Assembly (NCBI GenBank): GCA_044892505.1
Contig: CM097882.1
Coordinates: 239,754,001 to 239,818,000, forward strand
Direction of reading: 5' to 3'
From: Schmidtea nova
Taxonomy: Eukaryota
DNA length: 64,000 nt
Shown: positions 1 to 12,224 of the stretch, in pieces
Position numbering within the stretch: the stretch's first letter is position 1
How the letters are laid out: every line of letters begins with the position of its first letter
Position numbers and translations under genes: made by a program
Notes under the pieces: model-generated
The model's input: only the letters and a program-made list of their open reading frames with translations
Database searches by the model: none
Told to the model about the DNA's origin: nothing

Positions 1-50
<50 letters not shown>
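1..50. repeat. (AT)n microsatellite
   Basis: Pure AT dinucleotide run at the window start. Confidence 0.98.
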
Positions 51-54
<4 letters not shown>

Positions 55-754
55 TCTTTACTTATTTTACACTCTGAAAATTGATTATACTATTCGTTAT
101 TATAATTTTTTTCTTTGATCATACTGTCAATTTGCTTAAATTGTTTGCTCCTTTTATAGGACTCTTTCCCTATCATTCATTTCTCAAAAAAATTATCTAT
201 GTAGTGACAAGTGTCCTGTCTACTCTATCAAACCTCCTCCTCCCACCCCTTTAAGGACAAATTTTAAGGTCAAGGACAAGTTTTACGGTCAAGGTCAAAT
301 TTTAATACCAAAATGGTGTTAAAAAACCAAAAATCTTTTTAAGATTTAAGCAATGTTAAAATACAATAAATATTCAGTAATTTCTTAAGTAATCATTATT
401 TACAAGCAGATTTTTTAATCTTTACAGAGATTAATTATCTACAAGTTGGTTTGAATAAAAATATAGTTTTGTCTCTACTACACGCATGATTATTTAGAAA
501 TATACTTATATTATTTTCTGTGTAATATAAAATTTACTACAAGAAAACTAAAATTTATTTTCCCTACATGGTTTATTTGTAAATTGCTTAAGAACAAATC
601 GCCAAATAAAAACTCCAACAGTTCATTATACTAAATAATAATAATAATAAACTAACATAATTATATTTTTGTTTCACCTTTGATATTTTTTTTATATTAA
701 TATCGATAATTTCCATAATGGTAAGACTATAGATCAAAATTTCTTTAAATAAGT

Positions 755-787
755 ACACAATATTTCGGCACAACCTTTATCAAGTGT
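755..787 (-). ncRNA. Minimal type I hammerhead ribozyme (U3-A8 core variant) in the inverted Penelope tail
   Basis: Minus strand ACAC-TTGATAA-A-GGT TGT GCC-GAA-ATAT-T-GTGT: stem I, core, stem II, palindromic stem III, AUU site. Confidence 0.7.
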
Positions 788-835
788 GTATTTCTATCGT
801 TATATTAATTTAATCCTAAATACTAATCTTAATTA

Positions 836-1062
836 CCGTATATTTCGGCGTATAAGACGACCCTTAAAGTCAAAAATCACCCTTGAAAATTGTGGGTCGT
901 CCTATACAACCGATATAAAAGAAAGTATTACAGTACAAGATGTATTTATACTACTTTTATGCATATCTAAAACCCATCAAATTCATCACCATCATCACCG
1001 TGATTGCTCTAATTTTGTACCTCGTCTTATCTAACGGTCGCCTTATACGCCGAAATATACGG
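836..1062. mobile_element. MITE, Tc1/mariner-pogo type, 227 bp
   Basis: 27-bp TIRs CCGTATATTTCGGCGTATAAG(A/G)CGACC (1 mismatch) with TA on both sides (834-835, 1063-1064). It interrupts sequence that is contiguous in the other Penelope copy. Confidence 0.95.
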
Positions 1063-1117
1063 TATTTATTTTATATTTTAAAATGATTTTATTGGATGAA
1101 AGATAAATCTTTACGGA

Positions 1118-1915
1118 TCACAAAAGGCCGAGATACACTAAATGCAAACACCGAGCTATATTCTAAAAGTTTACATAGTGGTCATATCCTCCCATGGAAA
1201 GGCCACGTTCCACTTCACCGCAAAATCGCATTACTAATAGGAGAAAGAAAAAGATCCATAAAAAACTGTTCTGACACAAACAAAATACAAGAAACATAAG
1301 AAAATATCAAAATACGATTCCTCCAAAATGGATACCCTGAAGAATTTGTAAAGAAATACTTCCTTAACGAACCATACCACAATAAACGCAACAATAAGAA
1401 GCGGCAGAAACACAATAACAATAACAAACACACAACATATCTAAGATTGCCTTTCCTAAATGACACTACAGCCAACAAAATCACCAACATTTTTAACCAA
1501 ACAGATTTGCCTATCCACATCCGTCCAACGTTCATAACCTCCACACAGTTAAAATCACAACTCCGAAAGCCACCAATTTCCAACATCTCCAAACATAAAT
1601 GTCTTTGCCGTTACACAACTAGATGCTTTTGATTTTCCAATAATATAGTATATAAACTTTCTTGTCAAAGGTGTGACGCTACTTACATAGGAAAAACACT
1701 TAGAACTTTTCGCATCCGACTTAATGAACACACTAAAAACAAAACCAGTAATTATTACGAACACTGCGAAAAATTACATAAAACAACTCCATCTATAGAA
1801 GAAACAAAATGCCAGATTTTACAAGTTGGATTCAAAAATTCATTACAAAGATTAGCTTCCGAGACTTAACAAAAAATAAAAACCGTCCATCAACTTTTAT
1901 TTCGCACAAAAAAAT
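1118..1915 (+). pseudogene. Decayed Penelope ORF (RT thumb and GIY-YIG endonuclease)
   Basis: Matches the C-terminal ~270 codons of ORF 58084-59988, with in-frame stops. Confidence 0.92.
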
Positions 1916-2033
1916 TATGTTTAAAAAGAAAAAGAAAAATAAATTTATTTTCATTCAATAAAATCATTATAAAATATAAAATAAATAATTAAAGTTAGTA
2001 TTTAGGATTAAGTTAATATAACGATTGTAATAC

Positions 2034-2066
2034 GCACTTGATAAAGGCTGTGCCGAAATATTGTGT
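2034..2066 (+). ncRNA. Minimal hammerhead ribozyme in the Penelope 3' repeat
   Basis: GCAC-TTGATAA-A-GGC TGT GCC-GAA-ATAT-T-GTGT. Confidence 0.75.
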
Positions 2067-4995
2067 ACTTATTTAAAGAAATTTTGATCTATAGTCCCAC
2101 TGGTGATTTCTGGGTGTGCGCTTGTTTTAGGTTTTATTCGCGTCTGTGTGTGCGTTGAGATTTTTGTGATTTTTTTGGTTGCTCGCGCCTGTGTGCGCTT
2201 TTTTAGTTTATCATTTACATGTCGCGCCTGTGTGCGCATTTGTGAATTATGTTGCAATATGCGTCTGTGTGCGCATGGTTATGGTTTTTTTAATGGATTG
2301 GAAATGATCCAATATCGATTGGATTTTTAATTCTCGGATTTCTGGAATTTGATTTTGTTTGATTAATCCAATTTGGTAAATTTTGATTTGAAGTTTTTTC
2401 GAATTTTGCTGATGAATCCAATTTGATCTATTTGAATGGAAAAAAATGATTGCAAGGACTTGTTATGGTTCAATGGGATGTGTTATGGTTCAATGGGAAA
2501 TGATTTATCAAATGAAACCGATATCTGGACGAATTATGACAATATGAAAAAAGCCACCGCAAGTTTCATTCGTGGATGCCATGGGAATTATTTCAATTCA
2601 AATGAATGTCCTCATTATCTTCGTGACTCAAATAAGACAATCTTGTTAATGTTTTCGCGTGTCTCTGACGATAATCCATCTGAAGATCGCTTCAAAGTCT
2701 ATCAAAATTGAAATTTCCGTAGATTATTGTCAAAAGAAAATCTACTGCAATCGCTATTTTCTCACTATCAATTTATATCGTTCTCTAATACAGTTCTGGC
2801 ATTAAGTGGTTCGTTCTCATCTTGGTGAAGAAGCATTATCTGCAACAATTTACATTGTTTGGATGGACTCATGTGACACTGCTAATAATAGGCGCTTCTT
2901 CGCATTTGATGATTGACAATTTATTCAATGGAATTATGTGGTTTTCAATGACAGTTTCTATGAATTTATTTATATATGGTTGGGTTTTTCGTCGGAAGTA
3001 GTCCGCTAATTAAATTTTCTTCATTGGGTTTTGCTTATCTTTTCTCTCAAGCCTTGATCAAATGGCCTGGATCAAACACTTACCATTATGGAAATTATCG
3101 ATATTAATAATAATAAAGTTTATAATTTTATTAAAACAACAGGTCACTAAAGTAAACATTTCACTATAAAAACTCAAGTAGATCACTATACTAAACATTG
3201 TTAAATATTAAAAAGAAAATAAATATAACAGGTCACTATAAAAAAAATAAATGATAATACTAAATTTTGATAAAATACAAAATGCAAACCGGTGAGATGA
3301 TATCCTTGGGGTATATTTTATAACCTTGAATTGATATATTTATAAACCATTGTTCATTATCCTTGAAATCTATTGATTGAAAATGAGCTTTTCGATTGTT
3401 AATAAATATTGTTTCTGCAAAATAAATATTTGTTGATTTCGATAAAACTTTACATATTCTTTATCTTGATGCCCAATTAAGTTAATTTATAATGATTTTG
3501 ATAGCTTGACCGGATAATCTGAACGGTATTTCATCTACCAAGAAATTTATTTTATTGTTAAGGTAAATTTCTTTTTCGATTTGAGGTGGCTTCGTGGATG
3601 ATTTTATGATTTTTTAGTCTTAATCGGGCTGGTTTCTTTAAATACATTCGAAAATGTTCCAAAAAAGATTTACTTGATTGCATTTTAAAGATTATAAAAA
3701 TATGTAGTTTTGTATTTATATTTATAGTCTTTAAAATGTTTGTGTAACAAATAAAATTCATACATCTGTATTGCATATATTATGAATGTTAGTGTGCGTC
3801 ATTATAAAACAATTATAAAACCTATTACTAAAAATTACTTTTTATTATTCCATCAATAAAAATTAATAGTTGAACTACTTTTGCATCAATAAATTCAATT
3901 TATAAAATATACTTTTTCACTAATAAAACCAATGACATAAAAGTCTTGAACAAATTAAAAGAACCAAATTAAATCACAAAATCTTTTTAATAAAATTTAT
4001 TTCTTTATCTACAATTGACGAAAAATGTGCTTTTCGCAGTTAGTTTTTCAACAATCATTTGTTGTATTTAAGAATTATGTATGTGCAGCAGCTTTCGCAC
4101 CAGTATGCACATATGATGTGTCTACTGTAGCTTTTCGATCATCATCTAAATTGTGTAGATGATCTATCAAGACTTTATAGAGACTGATGCCGATGATAGC
4201 TTATATTTTATATGACAGGAGCTTCAGAATGCATTAGACAAGTTCTCGCATCAGTTTCGGGTAAAAATTCTCCATCTTGGAAATGAAAACGCTCCTCAGT
4301 TTACTTAAAATGAATTGGAACGTTAAGAAATATCTATTAAATAATCTGATTTTACTATTAGATTTATTTAAAGAAATTTTTCTTTTTAATGAAAGTGACA
4401 TCGTTATATACATACAAAATATTTCAACACCTTCATCCATTCAAAATCAAGTATTTGTTACGTAATTATGTAACAAGTAATAAAAAATTCAAAATTTCTG
4501 AGTCATGAACCACCGATTTGATGTTGTTAATATTTTCGTTAACCAAAACCTGATAGTTTAATGTTTTTATACCAGATATAACTACTTTACCGCTGTTAAA
4601 TATGTTAACACATAAAGGGTTATTTCTGGTTCATAAGATTAGTGATAATTCATAAAAGTTTTACACAAGTTTCAATATCTGTAGTAACTGTAATTGATTG
4701 AATTTGAAAATCACTTATTTCATATAATAAATCCTAACCTTTAAGAGACTGTTTACATCCCATTATTATACATTTCACAGACTTGAAAAATATAATTGGA
4801 AACTTGCCGCTCCTATCTACAATTTGTTGTAGTTTACCTTTTGAAAATTTCATATGAGAAACAGAACATTTCCCTTTGTACAATATGTTGCTTAACATTA
4901 TTTGAATGATTATTTTTTTAAATAATTTTTATAAAAGTAAAACAATGAATTAAAACAAATATAAACAGTATCATTAAACAAGTATTTCTTTGAAA

Positions 4996-5574
4996 ATGGA
5001 ATTAATAAATGATGCAGTTTATGAAATTGTTGGTTCAAGTGGAAGTGGAAACTTTTATTTGTTTGAAAATTATTACAATCAAAATTGTTCAAATCAAAAT
5101 TCAACAAAATATATTGGCATAGGGGAGATGATGATGAAAATGGAATGACTCTATCAATTCTGTAAGATAAAAATGACGATAATAAAGTGATTTGATAAAA
5201 ATTGGTCGTCTAGATTACGAAGTGGTGACGTGATTATTATTGACAACTTGTATCGAGAAACAAATCAAGAAAGGAATTTTAATAATTATTTACAAAAATC
5301 GCTAAACACAAGGGTGTAACAGTTATTTTTATTTCTCAAAATTTGTTTTACCAATGTGGATCACATCTAACTCGTATCTAGTTGTTTTTAAAAATCCTAG
5401 GGATGCCACAGTTATTGATTTTCTTGCAAGACAGGCTACCTAAATAATCGTAATTTCATGATCAATGCATTTCTAAATGCAACTTAAGTCCCACATGGTT
5501 ATATTTTTCTTGATTTCATTCAACGATGTAGTGATGAATTACGAGTTAGATCTAATATTTTTAAACAAAGTTAA
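4996..5574 (+). pseudogene. Polinton/Maverick (adintovirus-like) packaging ATPase, frameshifted
   Basis: Fragments IVGSSGSG(K) (Walker A), DVIIIDNL (Walker B), KHKGVTVIFISQNLF, YLVVFKNPRD..IDFLARQ, PHGYIFLDF, DELRVRSNIF. Confidence 0.85.
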
Positions 5575-5582
5575 AATCGTGT

Positions 5583-5804
5583 TTGAAATTAATCATGAAA
5601 CTTAAAGCACGTGCTAAACATCCAAAGTTATTCAAACTTGGAAAAGTTATTAAAAATAATCGTGAAACAATAATTCCGTCTAAAACTATTTTCACACTTC
5701 CGAAAAAATTTATCACTGAAAACGTTCCAAGCATGAATATTATTTCACATAATTTGAAACCAAAAACCGCTACACCAAAGGCATCTACGAGTAGAAAATC
5801 TTAA
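5583..5804 (+). CDS. Small basic ORF between the Polinton ATPase and core-protein genes, function unknown
   Basis: 73-aa K/R-rich ORF in tight head-to-tail packing with Polinton genes. Confidence 0.35.
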   Translation: MKLIMKLKARAKHPKLFKLGKVIKNNRETIIPSKTIFTLPKKFITENVPSMNIISHNLKPKTATPKASTSRKS

Positions 5805-5824
5805 AATCATTGTAGTTTTCCATT

Positions 5825-6130
5825 ATTCAATGCATTACTCAAGGCCTCAAGCTTTAGAAAGATAAGCATTTTACAATCGTTTCCCAGTTATTTGATGTTA
5901 TAGTTAATGTTGTCAAAGGTAAAATTGATATAAGAACAACAAAAAAACGGTTTCGAACAAACACAGAAACCATTATTATCGCTCTTAAATACTAAAAATC
6001 GAAAGTAAATGTGGAAAATAATATATAAGCAACATGGAGGGTTTATTGTGGCATTGTTACCATTAGAATTATATTTATTAGATGAAGTAGGATTATTAGG
6101 AAAACCCTCAACATAAATCGGTTTTTATAA
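5825..6130 (+). pseudogene. Polinton/adintovirus small basic core-like protein (QxGGF motif), decayed
   Basis: Fragments NALLKAS..., VIVNVVKGKI, IIYKQHGGFIVALLPL resemble the conserved NxLKGNI...QxGGFLxALL Polinton protein. Confidence 0.65.
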
Positions 6131-6133
6131 ACA

Positions 6134-6392
6134 ATGGGTCAATTGCCAATTAGTCATTTACCTAATCTTAAATTGAATTTTAATTCTTCTTATTGCAATG
6201 GAGTCAAAAGACTAAACAAAAAAGTCTTAAACTTGAAAAAAGAGACTCAAAAATGATTATTGGGACAACTGGCATAAAGTCTAAACAAATTGGCTTTAAA
6301 ACGATTTCCAACAAGAGCATATAAAATACGGTATTAATGACTTGCAGCAAATGGATTTGATGAAAATTATTCCTTTTTCAAAGATTAACGAA

Positions 6393-6400
<8 letters not shown>
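6134..6400 (+). pseudogene. Polinton retroviral-type integrase N-terminus, truncated at an (AT)n run
   Basis: SSYCNGVKRL..KETQK*LLGQLA*SLNK..KRFPTRAYK / GINDLQQMDLMKIIPFSKINEGY matches the Polinton integrase start (GIDxxWQxDLxDM...NxGYKY). Confidence 0.8.
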
Positions 6401-6431
<31 letters not shown>

Positions 6432-6434
6432 TAT
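6395..6434. repeat. (AT)n microsatellite
   Basis: AT run with one G interruption. Confidence 0.95.
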
Positions 6435-8550
6435 TTTTTTGTTGACATTTATCTAAGTTTCAATCGATTCAAAATTAAATCTGCAAAAAATGACTGTTGC
6501 AATCAAAACTATGTTTGAATATGGTCGTCCAGATTTTATAAACTAATTTAATAAAGACTATATTCAAATTTATACAATGTTAATTGTAATTTAGGTATAG
6601 AATTTTACAATAATTAAGTAAAAGAATTTTTTGGTCGGGATTGATTATTACTCAGTATTCTCTCAATTCAAAGTAGCTCATTTTGAACGATTTAATAGTA
6701 CATTAACTCTTTGTGGATAAATTCAAATCACCGTGCACAGCTCTCAAATGCGAGATGTGGATAAATCCGAATCATATTTATGCACCGATGGCGTGGAGAG
6801 TTGCGGACCAAATGTCCATTCACTATCTGGACAACCAATTCAAATGAGGAAATCTGATGGCGAGGAGGTTCACATTGGCCAGTTACCATGGACCAGGAAT
6901 ATGCGGACAAATACTCAACATTGTTCGCCGCCCTCGAACATCAGAAAGGATAACCAAGAAAGACTGTTTATGTGGTGTACATTCCCAAGTGGGAATTTGA
7001 TGAACTGGATCTCGCTCCTGGTTCCACCTTGCCCGTATCGATGTATATCTCCACGACTTAATTCGAAAGTCAACAGATTATCCAACGCTCTCTTATGGAA
7101 ATCGACAATTCAAGTGCACGAAGTTTTTTCATTCAAACCAGTCATGTACCTAGACTAAGTGAGATAATTTGTCAAAATTAGTTCCAACTAGTGATTCTTT
7201 AATTAAATAAATTTGTGTGTGAATTTCTTATTTTATTCTAAGTATAATACATTTTTTGCGGGACGATATAAATCTTTTAAATTATCGAAGTAAACCCTTA
7301 AGTTCACGTATTAATGTTTTAGTCATGAATGCCAAGATTCAAACTCTATCGAAAATGTATGGCCAACGGAGTCCAGAAAAGCTAAAAGAACAGGAATTAT
7401 CTAACCTAAGGCGTAAATTAGCCCCAGAAAAGAGAAATTTTGGAACTGAAACAACGATATTTTTCACCCGATGAAATGAGAAATCAAATTCAGAGCGCCT
7501 AGTGAGTACACCGTGCCCTAGTAGATACCCAACTTGAACTTGATGCAGTATAAATATAATTAAAAAGCTGCTTAAATCATATTTCAAAGTTATTTATTGA
7601 AGACCAGTTGAAGTCCCAGATTCGCATATCACGTGCAACAACTGGGCGGGTATGGTCACCATCTCAACCAATTACGAACCAGCCGAGATTGTCACTAAAC
7701 TCATAATCTTGGTGGCAAAGGAAATCAAGGCTATGGAAACGAATAAAATTAAGCCATCTATGCCAATCAGGATGAATTGTACTGGTTCACGACGTCACCG
7801 ACAGGAGTGAGATTTTAAACAACAGCTTGCGAACCAGGTCGATCACTTAAATGGTCTCTCCTAATTAGAATTGTTAAATGAAGTCATACTTATGTAATAC
7901 CAATAAAGGTTTTGAGTAGTTAATATTAATGTTTTCATTGTCCCGACAAAATAGATAGAATACTTAAACTTCAATAAGTGACCCACGTGGTAGTAAAGAA
8001 AGCAGCGACCTTCTATCGGTTAGTGTACCCGTAGCAGATACAAAATGAGAGTAGTTTCTCTTAGAGCCGCTCACCTGCCAGTTTGATTTTCGCCGACATA
8101 TGCAGTTCCAACATGAGACAAGCTAGGGGTCTCATCGGCATATGATCGTGGAAAGGTAATTTATGAATGTGTTCCCAATAAGCTCCCTAGATAACAACCA
8201 AAAGTAAGGCACCATTTCTAGAACACCAAAACTTTCTACTACTATCAATATTATTTTGATTTTTAATATTTAGTTCTTTCATCCCATTGACAAAATAAAA
8301 ATAAATGTTTTGCATAATTTTCACAGTCTTCATATCCAGCTTCATTTAAAGTTACATATTTGTCTTTTTATTTCCTGCCTCTCCACGAACACAGGCTATT
8401 CCTCAAGTTCTTCTATTATTTCTAGCTTTATCAAATGATACGTAATCGTGGAAAGCATGTCCTTCTAATTATATAATTAGTTTCTATAAAGTTATTGTAA
8501 TATTTTTAATATTAAAATATTATATATACTTTATAAATTAAAAATATATA

Positions 8551-8910
8551 CGTGGTGCGATCAATAAATACCTAGACTAGCCCATAAAAAATATAAGTAC
8601 TTTAACAATATACTAATGAAATCATAATATATTATCTATAGTTACAAAAATATAGTTTGGCGTGGGTCAGCATATTTTCAATTTATTTGTCAAATCATGC
8701 TTCATCCTTCCTTACAATTCTGATCTTGTGCCCAAAGATTTTTATCTATTCAGGCATAGGAAGAAACATTTGCGAAGGAAAATCTATAAAAATGTTGCTG
8801 ATTTGCAACAGAATATGGAATTTCTCTTGAAAGATCAAAGCCAATTTTTTTCAAAAAGAACCCTTACATCCCTGGTGAAAGTGTATGGACCACAGTGGGT
8901 CCTATATTAA
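8551..8910 (+). mobile_element. Internally deleted mariner relic
   Basis: TA-preceded mariner-like end CGTGGTGCGATCAATAAATACC. PYNSDLVPKDFYLFRHRKKHLRRK resembles the mariner YSPDLAPxDxxLF motif. Confidence 0.7.
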
Positions 8911-10714
8911 AAATTAAAGTTTACATATTATTCTTGGTCTTATGTTAACATATATCTTCCCTGTTGGTTTCCTTTAACACATAATCCGGATATTCTTAAA
9001 CGCCCCACGCAACTATCACAAAGGATTTCCCTAGAAACATTTTTTTCTATATTTTTAAAAAAAGGATTTTATAAATGTCTTCAGACAGTCTTTAATAATA
9101 GTTTGCTAAAATTTTGTCTGCACAATTGAATAAATTTTAACAAATGAAATGAAATCTTACCTAGCAAAAATGATAATTGTTTAGACCATTTCAAATTTTT
9201 TAATAAAAATTATAAATTTAATTTTTAACGCACTTTTAGACTTAGAGCTGATACACGCTTGTAAAAATAATATTATTTAACTGTCTTAATCCAAAAATAA
9301 GTATTTTTCTATGTTAACAGCTACAATTATAAGCTATAACCAATATATAATTCAATGAATATTATCAAAGGAAATGTCAACGGTCCGCAAAAAAAGTATC
9401 AAGCTTGAAATTGCATTGTATTTTTATGCATTTATTAATTAAGTTAAATAACCTTCAATGATATTTATCAACACTACCAACCACCTTCTCATTATCTTTG
9501 ATTTGATAACTTGTTTTTAGATAATAATGTAATTAATTATAATTTTAATAATAATAAATAACAGAATACAACATGTTTAATTATATATTTTGGAATATAT
9601 TTCGACAGCTCAGCTGTTATCATTTGGCTATTAACAAATTCAATTTTTACGTTTATTAGTGATTACATAATCATATGTACACAATCCAATAAAACTGAAA
9701 ATGCATGTAGATATTTCGTTTTTGTATGTTTATTTTAGTATTAAATGATTTTTTACCAAAACCTCACGTTTCACACGTTCATAATAATTTTTAAAACCCT
9801 TAAACAATATTTTGAAATTGGAAATATAAATGTTATCCTTGTCTGTCTTATTATGCTCAAAAATATTACTCTCCATATAATACAAAAAAAGCTCAAAGTG
9901 TTTTTTATTCTTAACACAAGACAGATTTCATCCAAATAATGTTTGTATGCTAAAGATTTATTCATAACAAAAATTGTAAAATTACTTTCTTAACTTGACA
10001 TCAAAATAAAAGCCAGTTTAGGAGAAAAAGTGAATTCGTGGCAACATCATCAATACCATTTTCGTTATCAAAGATAAAATGGACATAAAAAATGGCAAAT
10101 TTCAAAAGTTTACGAAAATCAAGAACATCGATAATATTATGAAGTGACGTGTTAACACTATTGCAAATAATAACAATAACTTCCATTTCGTTGTGTAACA
10201 CACTGAGTCGAAATCTCAGTAGACATTGAAATTTTCACTTTAACATAAATTTTATCATCGCCAATGAATACCAGTGTCATGTGAAACTTATTTATACGAA
10301 TAAAATCAGTCAAAGCATCTTCAACTTCATTTAAAAATGCTTTAAAAAGGCTTTAAAAATGCTGTCTATTGTATAATTTATTCTCCAGCTTCCAATTTCT
10401 CTTTTAACATCTTCATAGAAATTGGATTTTGATCAAAAACTATCACATCAAATTTTTGAATTATACTATTATTGAGCATTGCCGTCTGTCGGTCTTTCGC
10501 CACCCATATTTAATTTTAACTAAATTCAAAAAATTACAACAGTCATTTTTCGGGATTTTTATACAGTTAGCAATATTAATAATATTAATAATAAAAATAA
10601 GTAATATATACTATATATACTTTAGTAACGATGAAATAAATTACTATAAATAAATAAATTTTATTTAAGCAAAAATGTCGGCGCGTTGAGTTTTGAATTG
10701 CTTCCTTCTTCATA

Positions 10715-10900
10715 TTTAATAAATCTTTCATCTTCGCATTTGAGTTTGCTTGGTGCTTTCTATTTAATGAAACTGTCATCTTTGCATTTGAGCTTGTTTG
10801 CTGCTTTTTATTTAATGAAACTGTCATCTTTGCATTTGAGCTTGTTTGCTGCTTTTTATTTAATGAAACTATACTTTTTTGCATTTGAATTTGTTTGCTT
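10715..10900. repeat. Tandem 48-bp repeat, about 4 degenerate units
   Basis: Unit TTAATGAAACTGTCATCTTTGCATTTGAGCTTGTTTGCTGCTTTTTAT. It produces the SLNKKQQTSSNAKMTV periodic ORF. Confidence 0.9.
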
Positions 10901-10983
10901 GCCATTTTTTTATTGTCAAAATTAAAACAACGATAAATCTTTTTGTAGATAAACTATATTTAATTTAATACTTAGATAATCTA

Positions 10984-11205
10984 GGGTAAACTCGGCTAAC
11001 TTCGTGATATTAAGGAATTCTCTTAATATTTTAAAAGAAACAATAGATATCTGACAACTATGTATGTCCCGGTATATGATTCGCCTACTAATTTATCATT
11101 TAGTATGGATAAACATTTATATAAAACCGTATGTAAACCTCAATGGTGCATTTTTACTTTGATATCACGAATTTAGCCGTGTCACGGAGAAAGCCGAGTT
11201 TACCC
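10984..11205. mobile_element. MITE with GGGTAAACTCGGCT TIRs flanked by TA
   Basis: TAGGGTAAACTCGGCT at 10982 and AGCCGAGTTTACCCTA ending 11207, plus subterminal TTCGTGATAT/ATATCACGAA. The right flank runs into a gap. Confidence 0.75.
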
Positions 11206-11456
11206 TANNNNNNNNNNNNNNNNNNNNNNNNNNNNNNNNNNNNNNNNNNNNNNNNNNNNNNNNNNNNNNNNNNNNNNNNNNNNNNNNNNNNNNNNNNNNN
11301 NNNNNNNNNNNNNNNNNNNNNNNNNNNNNNNNNNNNAAAAATAATTAGAAAAGACTTACATTTATTAAAACAATCGAAACCAATAAAAAACACTTCAGAC
11401 AAATGATTTGATATTTTAAGTTTGATTATGAGATGAATATTGTATAACCATGAAAA

Positions 11457-11596
11457 TCAGTGATTTATAACACCATTCGTGTTCTTTTGAATAGATCTGA
11501 AATATTCTTGGCAAGTTTTGCAGCAAGGAAAACTATAAATCCCCATTCTACAGTATGCTTTTTTTCTTCTACAGCTTGGATGCAAATCGACGCATT
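11457..11596 (-). CDS. ADAMTS-like gene, last coding exon (PLAC domain)
   Basis: CVDLHPSCRRKKAYCRMGIYSFPCCKTC is a PLAC cysteine pattern. TTTTAG acceptor at 11597; phase 1 joins exon 17389 (A|AA = K); stop at 11457-11459. Confidence 0.88.
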
Positions 11597-12057
11597 CTAA
11601 AATTGAAAACTGTCTAATTTCGTCAAATTTATATATTACATTAAAGGTAGTATGCAAAAGACCTGAATAATTGAAACCAATTAGAAGTGAAAATGAAAAA
11701 TACCAATTATTTCCAGTAGTTGCTGTCCATAGATTGAACTCAATTTTTCAATAATGGAGAAAAAGTGTCTTGCAATTTTCCCATGTAGTTTGTTCTGTGT
11801 AATGGTGTGTGTGCAAATTTGTGTTGTTGTTAGGACAATGTGTGTGTGTTTTTGTGCGGTTTTCTTTTTTGCATTGCAAGATATGTAGGCGAGTTTTTGG
11901 TTCGAACGAATTCCATTGGTTGACTTCAAAAGGAAAGGGTTATTAGTTTATTGAGAATGTAAAATGGTGTGTATGGTAATTCGCTTTATTTGTGGTAGAA
12001 CTTTATAATTTGAATTTTTCTTCTATTTAAATTGCAAATATAATTTTGGCTTATTTG

Positions 12058-12217
12058 TGTGCGAGAAAATATCGTGACATAATAGTGTTTGGTCCTATGA
12101 TTATGCAATTATTATTTGCTGAATATATTACGTTTCGGTTGTTTCGGCGACTACATTAACGTATGCTGTGATTAAATAAAGGGTGTGTAAATAAATTACT
12201 GATCTTAATTTAGCACA
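12058..12217 (+). repeat. 5' LTR
   Basis: Direct repeat of 13675-13833. Confidence 0.95.
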
Positions 12218-12224
12218 AGCTATC

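Larger units (their letters stand above)
625..2096 (+). mobile_element. Penelope-like element copy 1: 5'-truncated, inverted copy of its 3' end at ~625-1100, forward body 1118-2096
   Basis: 1118-2096 is colinear and highly similar to 59184-60150 of the longer copy. About 720-1100 (minus the MITE) is the reverse complement of the element's 3' tail. Confidence 0.92.

Noticed and set aside
3110-4990. Further Polinton genes (pPolB, protease) upstream of the ATPase
   Set aside because: Translation by eye gave no convincing catalytic motifs on either strand. A frameshift-aware search would be needed.
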